From NCBI GenBank assembly GCA_000433475.1, contig HF993083.1:10919-74918 (forward strand): DNA of 64,000 nucleotides, in the 5' to 3' direction. Positions 28,695-38,635 of this stretch are shown here, in pieces; positions within the stretch are counted from its first letter, which is position 1; each line of letters begins with the position of its first letter. Source of the DNA: Mycoplasma sp. CAG:956. Lineage in GTDB: Bacteria; Bacillota_I; Bacilli_A; RF39; UBA660. A program made the position numbers and the translations under genes. The notes below the pieces were generated by a model, which did no database searches, was not told where the DNA came from, and saw only the letters and a program-made list of their open reading frames with translations.

Positions 28695-29363
28695 TAATAA
28701 TAGTTATGGGACTGTTAATGTGACGAAAGTAGAATCTACATATGGGTATGTTTGTAATGTAACTGATGTTTATGAGACTAGTTATTACTTTAGAGGAAAT
28801 ATTACCAATAACTATGTTAAGTTTGGAGGATTTTATTGGCATATTTTAAGAATAAATGGGGATGGCTCAATTAGGCTTGTCTATGATGGAACTAGTGCTC
28901 ATGATAATAATGAATCAAGTAGTGATAGAATTATTGGGAATAGTAAATACAATAGTAGTGCGAATGATAATACTTATGTTGGTTATATGTATGGTAGCAC
29001 TGGTGCTTCTTCATACGATGCAACGCATGCTAATACTAATGATTCTACTATTAAGATTTATATTGATAATACAACTAATCTAAGTAAATATTTTACTTAT
29101 TATCAGCCGATGAGGTCGTTTTAGCTGGGAATTGGACTGATGCTAATACTAATTATTTATATACGGGTAGTCAGTATTGGACTATTTCTGCTGGTAGTTA
29201 TACAACGATGACTTCAGGAAATAGATTAATTGATGCTGATGGAGGTTCTCCTAATTTTAGTTTAGTTGATGTTGATATTGGCGTTAAACCTATTATTAAT
29301 CTTAAAGCTAATTCTTTAACTAAGGTTCTAGGAACTAAGGATAGTCTATATACAGTGGAATAA
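28695..29363 (+). pseudogene. Promoterless, 5'-truncated and internally deleted copy of the family (paralog B)
   Basis: Starts mid-domain at ..GTVNVTKVESTYGYVC.. with no signal/TM. Frame breaks near 29100. A second frame (29106..29363) encodes the family C-terminus ADEVVLAGNW...GVKPIINLKANSL. Confidence 0.75.
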
Positions 29364-29410
29364 AAAAACTACAAGTGTTTAAGTTAATTACTTATTCTTG
29401 TAGTTTTTTT
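29363..29410. terminator. Bidirectional hairpin between convergent genes
   Basis: aaaaaactacaag / cttgtagtttttt 13-bp stem with A/T runs on both sides; overlaps the 3' end of the radical SAM gene. Confidence 0.6.
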
Positions 29411-30333
29411 CCTTGATAAGTATCTCTTTTTACCATTTCTTTATCTATATCATTTAGAACACAAAATTTCTTTAAGACCCATTCGGGAGTAATTAAATCT
29501 TCTTTTTTAGGATCTCCTGTTAGTCTATGAATAACCATTTCTGGACGAAGATATTCTAACTGGGAGACTACTATATCAATATATTCTTCTTTAGTTAAGA
29601 TATGAAATGGCTTTTCTTGATACATAGAAGCTAACTTAGTGTTTTTAATAACATGTAACATATGGATTTTAATGCCAGCTACATTTAAAGAATTTACATA
29701 TTTGGCTGTATTAATCATCATATCTTTGGTTTCGCCAGGTAGACCATTAATAATATGGACAACTACCTTAATATTATTAGCTACTAACTTTTTAACACAC
29801 TCGTCAAAGTTTTTTAAATCATGACCACGATGGATTAATTTTAAAGTTTCATCATACATAGATTGTAATCCTAATTCAATAGTAAGATTAGTTCTTTTAT
29901 TTAAATCGATTAGATATTCTAGGCATTTATCAGAAATACAATCACTACGAGTAGCAATAGAAAGGCCAATAACGTTAGGAATTTTTAAAATAGGTTCAAA
30001 CTTTTCTTTTAGTATTTCAACTGGAGCATAAGTATTGGTATTAGCTTGGAAGTAACCGATGTAATAGGCATCTTGCCATTTATGTTCCATAACATTTTTA
30101 ACCATTTCAAATTGCGTTATTAAATCATCTTCGACTAAGCCGGCAAAATCACCACTACCTAATGGTGAACAAAATATGCAACCATAGCCATCTTTTTTAT
30201 TGGGACAACTGAAACCGGCATTTAAAGAAACTTTAAAGACTTTTTTTCCATATTTAGTTTTATATTCATAATTTAGGGTATGATATCTTTTATTATCGAG
30301 AGTATATTTAAACGTGTTTTCCATGTAAATCAC
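29392..30333 (-). CDS. Radical SAM protein, TIGR01212 (YhcC-like) family
   Basis: NAGFSCPNKKDGYGCIFCS cluster motif and overall family pattern. Confidence 0.85.
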   Translation of the reverse strand: MIYMENTFKYTLDNKRYHTLNYEYKTKYGKKVFKVSLNAGFSCPNKKDGYGCIFCSPLGSGDFAGLVEDDLITQFEMVKNVMEHKWQDAYYIGYFQANTNTYAPVEILKEKFEPILKIPNVIGLSIATRSDCISDKCLEYLIDLNKRTNLTIELGLQSMYDETLKLIHRGHDLKNFDECVKKLVANNIKVVVHIINGLPGETKDMMINTAKYVNSLNVAGIKIHMLHVIKNTKLASMYQEKPFHILTKEEYIDIVVSQLEYLRPEMVIHRLTGDPKKEDLITPEWVLKKFCVLNDIDKEMVKRDTYQGKKLQE

Positions 30334-30438
30334 CTAGAAGTAGTTTAACATAAAAACTAAATTTTAAAAATAAAAAAAATAAGTTGGAAATTTTTAATTT
30401 TAGTCCAACTTACTTTTTGTTTGATGGTATAGATAACA

Positions 30439-31796
30439 TTAATCTACTGATAAAACATAAGGCTTTTCTTTAAGTCCTAATCCAGCTATTAAAGAATCTG
30501 CTTTTATATTAATAACTGGTTTTACAGACGCAGAATTAGAATTAATTCCAAAGTTTGGTGTTGAACCATCCTCACTTATTGATCTATTACCTGTTATTCC
30601 TATAGTACAACTTCCTGCGGAAGCAGTCCAATATTTATTACCTGTATATAGATAATACCCGTTATTAGCACTATTCCAGCCACCGGCTAAAGTAATATCA
30701 TCACCAGACAATAGTCCTATTGGATAAGTTAAAGCTCCATTACCCTTACTAGTATCACTTACTGTAAAAGCATCATTCTGTTGAGGACAAGTAAAAGATA
30801 CTGTCATATTACCATAACTACTTCCATCCCAAGGTCCTCTGGCCAACGATAATAAGTTCCTTTGGTTCCATATCCACTAGTACCATGAGATCCATCTGTA
30901 TAAGTACTAATCTTACGGTCATTGCAAAAGATATTATCCGCTAGATAAGTGGAATACTGACTTAAATTAGTTGTATACCAATTATCTACAAACTTCTTAA
31001 TAGTTGAATCATTGGTATTCGCATGGGTCTCTGCATAAGTTGATGCACCAGTTTTACCATACATATATCCTACATAAGCATTATCATTCGCATTACTATT
31101 GTATTTACTATCCCCAATAATTCTATCACTACTAGCTTCATTATTATTATGAGCACTAGTACCATCATAGACAAGTCTAATTGTCCCATCCCCATTTATT
31201 CTTAAAATACGCCAATAAAATCCTCCAAACTTAACATAGTTATTGGTAACATTTCCTCTAAAGTAATAACTAGTTCCATAATCATCTGGTGCACTACAAA
31301 CATACCCATCTGTGGATTCTACTTTTGTTACATTAACAGTTCCATCACTATTAACACTTGGACACTTTCCTGTCTTATCAACTGATGCTATAATTCTATC
31401 AGTAATTTTACTGGTCTTAAAATAAACATTACACTTAGTTCTTTTCGTTATATGAGAAACATTTAAATCCCAAGTAAGATCATTCCATACTCCTACAGCA
31501 TTATTATCACAGACTACTTTATCAGCAACATATATAGAATTATCTTTAGGAAACTCTCCTACTAATTCATCATCTAAATAAGCCCCAATAATTACATCTC
31601 CATGGATAAAACTTCCTACCGTAGTTTTTACTACTTCCTTTTCTTTAGAGACAAAAAATAAGGAATGAGCAAAATAAATTCCTAGAATACCACTACAAAT
31701 ACAAGATAAGATCATATAGAAGTATTTGGAATAATTTTGCCAAAATTTTTTGAATTTTATTTTTTTCAAATATCTATTGCTATTAAATTTTTTCAT
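30439..31796 (-). pseudogene. Family paralog C, full length but split by a 1-nt frameshift near 30846
   Basis: Track ORFs 30804..31796 and 30439..30846 together reproduce the family order. The junction reads ..GTYYRW then, one frame over, ARGPWDGSSYGNMTVSFTCPQQNDAFTVSD. Confidence 0.75.
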
Positions 31797-32102
31797 ATAT
31801 TACATATCCTCACAAAAATTATTAAGAAGAAGTTATTGATCCTAATTAAATTTTTAATGTTATTTGAATTTAAATATTTAAAGAGATAAAGATAAAAGAT
31901 ATAAGGTATTGTAACTTATTCTTAATTTACACTATAACTATACTATAGAAATTTTTTTAAATCAAGATTAAAAATAGTTTTATAAAATATGAATGATTAA
32001 TTAATTTTAATACTAAATAAGGTTTAAGATGCTATTATCTTTTTTATTGAAAAAGACTTTTTAGTTTGTTATACTTAAAATTAGAAAGAATAGGGATGTC
32101 AA

Positions 32103-34646
32103 TTGAGTACTTTAGGAAATCATTTTTTACCAAATATGAATAATAGGATGACAAATCCTAAGGCTGTATTTAAAGGAAAAAATTATCGTATAAGTATAAT
32201 TAGTGATATGATAATTCGTCTAGAATATGATGAAGAAGGAATATTTAATGATTATTTAACTGAGAATGTCTTAAATAGGAATTTTCCATTACCACAGTTA
32301 GATGTTCAAGAAGATCATGCTACTTTAATTGTTAATACTAAGTATTATCGTTTACAATACTTAAAAGAAAAACCTTTTAAAGGTAGTCTTTTTGCACCTG
32401 ATTCAACTTTAAGAGTTAATGTTTTGAATTCTCAAGCTTACTGGTATTATGGCAGTGATGAGATTAAAAATATTTCTTGTTTAAAACCAAATTTAGATTT
32501 AAAAAAAGAATTTGTTTTTGCTAGTGAGGTTTTAGATTCTTACGATAAGAAAGATAGTAAAGCTAAGGAAGATGATAAGACTAAAAAAAAGGAAGAGTTA
32601 AAAAAAGAAAAAGAAAGATATCAAAAAGCTAAAAATAATATATTTGAAAGACAAAAAAGCTTGTATTCTTTAGAAGGTTTTAGTACTTTAGATGACTCAA
32701 ATAGTATGATAATTGATGATAAGGGTTATATGGTTCCTAGAACACATAAATCAATTGATATGTATGTTTTTGTTTATAATAAAGATTTTCGTTTGTTTTT
32801 AGGAGAGTATGCTACTTTAGCTGGTAGATGTCCTTTAATTCCTAGATATGCTCTTGGTATTTGGTGGTATAAAGATGATGTTTATACTTTTGATAATGTT
32901 AGAAAATTAGTTTACGATTTTAATAGTCATCACATTCCTTTAAATGTTTTAGTGTTGGGAAGTAATTGGCATATTAAAGATCCTAATGATTTAAAAAAAT
33001 TTAAGAGTGGTTTTACATTTAATAGGGATAAACTTGGTACTTTAAGTAACTTTACGACTTTTTTACATGAAAGAGGTATTCGTTTAGGACTTAGTCTAGA
33101 TCCAACTGAAGGTATTCATCCTCATGAGTTTAAGTATCGTGATTATGCTAGTGAACTGGGGGTTAATGATAGTCAAGATTTACCTTTTAATGTTTTGGAT
33201 ACTAATGTTATTGCTGCTTATCTAGATAAGCTTATTATGCCTTTATATAATGATAACGTTGACTTTTTCTTTTTAGATGTTAGAACTAAAGATAGAAGAG
33301 TTATGAATGCTCTTAATTATTATCATTATAATGATTATAAGCAGTTTAATAATACAAGAGGGATGATTTTATCAAGACCAGCTTCTTTAGGAGCAATAAG
33401 ATATCCTGTTCTTTATACAGGAGAAACAGAGGTAAGTTGGGATACTTTAAGAAAATTACCAGAATTTATTAGTAGTTCTTATAATTCAGGACTTACTTGG
33501 TGGAGCAATGATATTGGTGGGTTTAAAGGTGGTATTGAAGATAGTGAATTGTATTTAAGATATGTAGAATTTGGTACTTTTAGTCCAATATTTAGATTTG
33601 CATCATCCTATGGTCATTATTATAAAAGAGAACCATGGAGGTGGAATAATCAAGTTTTTAGAGTCGTTAAAGATTATTTAAATTTAAGACTTCAGTTATC
33701 TAGTTATTTATATGCTGAAGGTTATAAGTATTATAAATTAGGAATTCCCATTTTTATGCCTTTATATCATGTTGTACCGGAAATGTTAGATGAACCAGAT
33801 TATAAAAATGAGTATTTCTTTGGTAGTGAACTATTAGTATCTCCAATTACAACAAAAAAAGATATGGCAATGCAACGTAGTGTTGAAAAAATATATTTAC
33901 CAAATGGTACTTGGTATGATTTTAAAACTGGTAAAAGATTTAATGGTAATACTAGGTATGTAATGTTTTTTAATGATGAAGATTATCCAGTATTTGCTAA
34001 AAAGGGCTCAATTATTCCAATGTATGTTCCTGATAAAAATATTAATAACATTGGTATAGCTAAGAATTTAGAAGTACACATTTTCCCAGGAGAAAGCAAT
34101 ATTTATAATTTATATGAAGATGATGGGGTTAGTTCTTTATATGAACAAGGTTATTATATTGTAACTAGATTTGATTACAACTATTTACAAAGTAACTATA
34201 CTCTAATAATAAGACCATATGAAGGTAAGAGTGGTATTATACCCGATACAAGAAACTATAAAATTAGATTTAGAAATACGAGAACTGCCACTGATGTTCG
34301 AGTTTTACAAGAAGCTGATAAGAAAGATTTTACGGCTTATAGTGAAGATAGTGACTTTGTTATTGAAATTAATGATGTTTCAACTGTTAAACAGTTAACT
34401 ATTATTTGCCGCGGTAAAAATATTGAAATTGATGCAACCAGAATTTTAAATGAAGATATTGATGGTATTATTTCAGATATACCAGTAAAAACGACTTTAA
34501 AAAATGAGATTGCTAAGATTATGTTTAGTGAAAAAGATTATAGTGATAAACGTATTATGGTTAAAAAATTAAGAACGAAAGGTCTTAGTGATTTGTATAT
34601 TAGAATGCTTTTAAGATTACTTGAATACACTAGTAATAAAAAATAG
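32103..34646 (+). CDS. Glycoside hydrolase family 31 (alpha-glucosidase/xylosidase-like)
   Basis: IRYPVLYTGE..SW, WWSNDIGGF, C-terminal LYEDDGVSSLYEQG blocks typical of GH31. Confidence 0.75.
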   Translation: MSTLGNHFLPNMNNRMTNPKAVFKGKNYRISIISDMIIRLEYDEEGIFNDYLTENVLNRNFPLPQLDVQEDHATLIVNTKYYRLQYLKEKPFKGSLFAPDSTLRVNVLNSQAYWYYGSDEIKNISCLKPNLDLKKEFVFASEVLDSYDKKDSKAKEDDKTKKKEELKKEKERYQKAKNNIFERQKSLYSLEGFSTLDDSNSMIIDDKGYMVPRTHKSIDMYVFVYNKDFRLFLGEYATLAGRCPLIPRYALGIWWYKDDVYTFDNVRKLVYDFNSHHIPLNVLVLGSNWHIKDPNDLKKFKSGFTFNRDKLGTLSNFTTFLHERGIRLGLSLDPTEGIHPHEFKYRDYASELGVNDSQDLPFNVLDTNVIAAYLDKLIMPLYNDNVDFFFLDVRTKDRRVMNALNYYHYNDYKQFNNTRGMILSRPASLGAIRYPVLYTGETEVSWDTLRKLPEFISSSYNSGLTWWSNDIGGFKGGIEDSELYLRYVEFGTFSPIFRFASSYGHYYKREPWRWNNQVFRVVKDYLNLRLQLSSYLYAEGYKYYKLGIPIFMPLYHVVPEMLDEPDYKNEYFFGSELLVSPITTKKDMAMQRSVEKIYLPNGTWYDFKTGKRFNGNTRYVMFFNDEDYPVFAKKGSIIPMYVPDKNINNIGIAKNLEVHIFPGESNIYNLYEDDGVSSLYEQGYYIVTRFDYNYLQSNYTLIIRPYEGKSGIIPDTRNYKIRFRNTRTATDVRVLQEADKKDFTAYSEDSDFVIEINDVSTVKQLTIICRGKNIEIDATRILNEDIDGIISDIPVKTTLKNEIAKIMFSEKDYSDKRIMVKKLRTKGLSDLYIRMLLRLLEYTSNKK

Positions 34647-34770
34647 ATGGCATTATGGAAGAAGAAATTGTACTTTAAAAATTAAATGATACAATAATTT
34701 TACTTTTATTCATTGGACTTGCAGATATAAATTATTGTGTTATAATATGAAAGAAAAAAAGAGGAAAAAT

Positions 34771-34989
34771 ATGAAAATATATCAAATATTATTATTAATA
34801 GGGGTAATACTTGCTAGTATTGCAACATCGTTTTATTTAGTTAAAATGATTAGTTTATTATTAAAAAGTAAGAATAGTAAAAAGATTACAGATAAAGAAT
34901 TAGATAATGATTTAAAATATATGGTTATATCTATTGTTTTACTTACTATTTGTTCACTAGTATATTGTATTACCAGTATTATGAGTTAG
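34771..34989 (+). CDS. Small two-TM membrane protein
   Basis: ATG 34771 preceded by agagga RBS (track ORF starts further upstream at 34735). Confidence 0.4.
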   Translation: MKIYQILLLIGVILASIATSFYLVKMISLLLKSKNSKKITDKELDNDLKYMVISIVLLTICSLVYCITSIMS

Positions 34990-35006
34990 TTAGTGAGTAA
35001 TGATAA

Positions 35007-35513
35007 ATGTCTATTAAAAAAAGATTAGAATATGAAGATATTGTTAAAGATATCTTAGATAATGAAGAGTTTAAAAAACTTCATTTAGAGCCGCATCATG
35101 GTATAAGTAGGTATGAACATGTTTTAAGAGTATCAAAAGTTTCATATTTTTTAGCTAAAAATTTAAAATTAGGTCATTTAGAAGAAATTACAAGGGCAGC
35201 TTTACTGCATGATTTCTATTTTGATAAGGATTTAGTAGAGTATGATGCTTATGAAAAATTAAGTATTCATCCTGAGTTGTCTTTAAATATGGCTAGTAAT
35301 TATTATGATTTAACTGCTTTAGAAAAGGATATTATTGTTAAACATATGTATCCACATACTAAAGCTAAACCTAAGTATGTTGGTTCTTATTTAGTATCTA
35401 TTTGTGATAAGTTGGTAGCAACTTATGAAATGGCTAGATTTAAAGTATCTTTAAGGTTAGGAATTTATTTAATCTTTATTTATAATGTTGTAAGTATAAG
35501 GATGCAACAATAA
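35007..35513 (+). CDS. HD-domain phosphohydrolase-like protein
   Basis: HHGISRYEHVLRV ... AALLHDF (H...HD pattern). Confidence 0.65.
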   Translation: MSIKKRLEYEDIVKDILDNEEFKKLHLEPHHGISRYEHVLRVSKVSYFLAKNLKLGHLEEITRAALLHDFYFDKDLVEYDAYEKLSIHPELSLNMASNYYDLTALEKDIIVKHMYPHTKAKPKYVGSYLVSICDKLVATYEMARFKVSLRLGIYLIFIYNVVSIRMQQ

Positions 35514-35527
35514 AAAAATCCTTTTTT

Positions 35528-35604
35528 GTCCTTGTAGCTCAGCTGGATAGAGCAATCGCCTCCTAAGCGATAGGTCGTGTGTTCAAATCACATCAGGGAC
35601 GCCA
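35528..35604 (+). tRNA. tRNA-Arg (anticodon CCU), CCA encoded
   Basis: Cloverleaf folded by hand: acceptor GTCCTTG/CAGGGAC, D stem GCTC/GAGC, anticodon stem ATCGC/GCGAT with loop CTCCTAA, T arm GTGTG TTCAAAT CACAT, 3' GCCA. Confidence 0.9.
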
Positions 35605-35798
35605 TTTAAGAATATAAGAAATTTTACTTTTGTTTTAATATTATAAGTAAAGGTAAGATTTCTTTTTTTATGTCTTTAATTAAATTTATTTGGTTGCATT
35701 ATAAATAGTGTTGGTGAGTAAAATCATCAACACTATTTGATAAAGAACCCAGAAAGTGGGATTATTTCCTGCTTTTTTAGTGGAATTTTCTAAAAGTA

Positions 35799-35828
35799 TT
35801 GACAAACTAAATAATATTTTACTAAAAT
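35799..35828 (+). promoter_or_regulatory. Sigma-A type promoter of trpS leader
   Basis: TTGACA - 18 nt - TAAAAT. Confidence 0.6.
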
Positions 35829-35834
35829 AAAAGA

Positions 35835-36057
35835 GAAATCGCTGATATAGAAGAGTAGATAAAATGATTATTTATAGAGAGCAGTAGATGGTGGAAGGCT
35901 GTAATATAGTTTTATTGAATGGGCTATGGAGAGACTTGCCGATGTAAGTAGGCTAGTACGGATTACTTAACCGTTAAAATAAGTGTTGTATGTTAGTACA
36001 ATTTAGTGGCAAGTAAGTATTAAGTCTTATTCTAATTTGTTAGAGTAAGACTTTTTT
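35835..36057 (+). promoter_or_regulatory. T-box leader, Trp specifier
   Basis: AGAGA box, gaaTGGg specifier (TGG 35920..35922), T-box-like aatttagtggcaagt, terminator aagtcttattcta/tagagtaagactt + T6 (36022..36057). Confidence 0.75.
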
Positions 36058-36074
36058 ATAGGAGGTAATTATTT

Positions 36075-37121
36075 ATGAAAAAAGTTATATTGACAGGAGA
36101 AAGACCAACAGGACCACTTCATATTGGACATTATGTTGGTTCATTAAAAAATCGAGTTAAAATTCAAAATGAAGGGGATTATGATGAGATGTATTTGTTT
36201 GCAGCCGATGCTCAAGCCCTAACAGATAATTTTGATAATCCAAAAAAAGTAAGGGATAATGTTTTTGAGGTAGCTTTAGATAATTTAGCTTGTGGTATAG
36301 ATCCTAATAAGGTATGTTATTTTATTCAATCAGAGGTGCCAGAACTTACAGAATTAACGTTTTATTATATGAATTTAGTAACGGTATCAAGATTGTATCG
36401 TAATCCTACTGTTAAAGAAGAAATTAAATTAAGAGGTTTTGAGGATAGTATTCCAGCTGGGTTCTTTACTTATCCTGTTAGTCAAACAGCAGATATTACA
36501 GCTTTTATGGGAACTTTAATTCCCGTTGGGGAAGATCAATTACCAATGATTGAACAAGCAAGAGAAATAGTTCGCAAATTTAATGCAATTTATGGAGAAA
36601 CTTTAGTAGAACCAGAAGCACTAATTCCAGAAAATGTTAATGAAAGAAGACTTGTTGGTACTGATGGTAATGCTAAGATGAGTAAGTCAATTGGTAATTG
36701 TATTTATCTAAAAGATAGTCCAGAAGAAATTAAGAAAAAAGTTATGGGAATGTATACAGATCCCAATCATATTAAGATAACTGATCCTGGTAAGGTCGAA
36801 GGGAATGTAGTATTTACTTATTTAGATGTATTCTGCAAGGAAGATTCTTTTCTAAAGTATTTACCAGAATATAAAAATTTAGATGAATTAAAAGAACATT
36901 ATCGTCGTGGTGGCTTAGGTGATATGAAAATCAAAAAATTTTTAAATGATGTTTTACAAGAAGAGTTAAAACCAATTAGAGAAAGACGTGAAAAATTAGC
37001 AAACAATCCAGAATATGTATATCAAGTATTAAGGGAAGGAACAAAAAAGGCAAGAGCTAAAGCTAGAGAAACTTTAAAAAATGTTAAGAAAGCAATGATG
37101 CTTGATTACTTTGAAGATTAA
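36075..37121 (+). CDS. trpS: Tryptophan--tRNA ligase
   Basis: HIGH-type [10 protein letters not shown] and KMSKS motifs; Trp T-box upstream. Confidence 0.93.
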   Translation: MKKVILTGERPTGPLHIGHYVGSLKNRVKIQNEGDYDEMYLFAADAQALTDNFDNPKKVRDNVFEVALDNLACGIDPNKVCYFIQSEVPELTELTFYYMNLVTVSRLYRNPTVKEEIKLRGFEDSIPAGFFTYPVSQTADITAFMGTLIPVGEDQLPMIEQAREIVRKFNAIYGETLVEPEALIPENVNERRLVGTDGNAKMSKSIGNCIYLKDSPEEIKKKVMGMYTDPNHIKITDPGKVEGNVVFTYLDVFCKEDSFLKYLPEYKNLDELKEHYRRGGLGDMKIKKFLNDVLQEELKPIRERREKLANNPEYVYQVLREGTKKARAKARETLKNVKKAMMLDYFED

Positions 37122-37183
37122 TAAAAATAATTGTTTTTAGAACATAATAAAGATATAATTATTTTAAGAAAGGTAAAATTAAT

Positions 37184-37441
37184 ATGAGAGATTTAAAAAT
37201 AAATGGTATTTATCGTCATTTTAAAGGGGATTATTATTTAGTACTTGGAGTGGCAATTCATAGTGAGACAAAGGAAAAATTAGTCGTTTATCGTGCTTTA
37301 TATGGTGATAATTTGGTATATGCAAGACCTTATGAAATGTTTTTAAGTGAAGTTGATCATGAAAAATATCCAAGTGTTAAACAGAAATATCGTATGGAAG
37401 AAGTAAACGTAGAAAGTGTTGCTAAAAATTTTAAAAAATAA
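37184..37441 (+). CDS. DUF1653-family protein
   Basis: YRHFKGDYYLVLGVAIHSETKEKLVVYRALYGD..YARPYEMF pattern. Confidence 0.65.
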   Translation: MRDLKINGIYRHFKGDYYLVLGVAIHSETKEKLVVYRALYGDNLVYARPYEMFLSEVDHEKYPSVKQKYRMEEVNVESVAKNFKK

Positions 37442-37448
37442 AAAGGAC

Positions 37449-38450
37449 TTATTTAGTCCCGTGAAGAAGAGTTAAGACTCTTCTTTTAAAATTGTAAGTT
37501 TTTAAACTTTTAGTAGCATTTTTACTATTAAAATTAATAGTTTTACTTAAATTTATGATTTCATCATCAGAATAATTATCAAATATTTGTAAATTAAGAC
37601 AACCACAATTATTAATAATTTCAGGATAATGTTTATATATAAATAAAGCTCTAGTTATATTAATACCGTTATTTAAGGCTTTAGTAAGAAAATACTCAGG
37701 AGATATTTTTATATCTAGTAATTCTTCATCACTAAATAATTCAAACATCAGATCATAATTATGATAGAACATGGAAAAATTAGTTTTAGCTATTAAATTA
37801 TTTAATCTTTTTATAGTATCTTTATTAGGAATGGTCTCTAAGGGTGCAATAATATTTGTTAACTGATCAAGACTAGCACTAAAATAAGTATTATCATTAA
37901 AAGTATCTAGTGATTTCTTAGTAAATAAACTATTAACTATTGTTTTAGAGTCTTTTTCAAGTATTTTTAAAGTACAATCTAAAGAAGTAGTTAATTTGAT
38001 AAATCTTTTAATATAAGTCTCTTTTTCTTTATTATTAAGATCTTTAATAGATAGAAAAAAACTGTGTAAATAAGGTTTATATCTAGTTATAAAGTCTATA
38101 TAAGAAATATTAGTAAAATGCTTGGTAAAACTATTATCTAAGATGTAGATACCTAAATTACTGGGATATATTCCTAAGGAAAAGTTATTTCTATTTAATA
38201 GGGTTAATATTTCTAAATTATCAAAATAAAGTGCTGTATATATTTTAATATAGTAACACTTTTTTTCATCGGTATTTAAATTATTATCTTTTTTTAAAAG
38301 GGGAATAATTTTCATATCAATTAATTTTTCTTTTTGGGGATCTAATTTAATTTTTCTTTTTATTTCTTGTTTAATATATGTTAAAAATTCTTGCATAAAA
38401 TTCCTTCTATTATAAATATATTTATCATCTAAAAAAAGATGTAAAATCAT
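37449..38450 (-). CDS. Hypothetical protein, divergent from the sigma-factor pair
   Basis: 333-codon ORF, no motif recognised; true start may be an internal Met. Confidence 0.45.
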   Translation of the reverse strand: MILHLFLDDKYIYNRRNFMQEFLTYIKQEIKRKIKLDPQKEKLIDMKIIPLLKKDNNLNTDEKKCYYIKIYTALYFDNLEILTLLNRNNFSLGIYPSNLGIYILDNSFTKHFTNISYIDFITRYKPYLHSFFLSIKDLNNKEKETYIKRFIKLTTSLDCTLKILEKDSKTIVNSLFTKKSLDTFNDNTYFSASLDQLTNIIAPLETIPNKDTIKRLNNLIAKTNFSMFYHNYDLMFELFSDEELLDIKISPEYFLTKALNNGINITRALFIYKHYPEIINNCGCLNLQIFDNYSDDEIINLSKTINFNSKNATKSLKTYNFKRRVLTLLHGTK

Positions 38451-38635
38451 TGTAAAACTTTATTCTTAAAAAAGAAAGACTAAATTTATAAAGTTATATT
38501 ATTTTCTTAAAAATACATTTAAATTATTCAGAAAATATTAAGTTAAACATATAATTAAGAATTATATAAATTTGCTATTTTCTTTTTTTAAAATTGTGAT
38601 ATACTATTTGAGCTTGAAAAAAAAGAGGGATTTGG

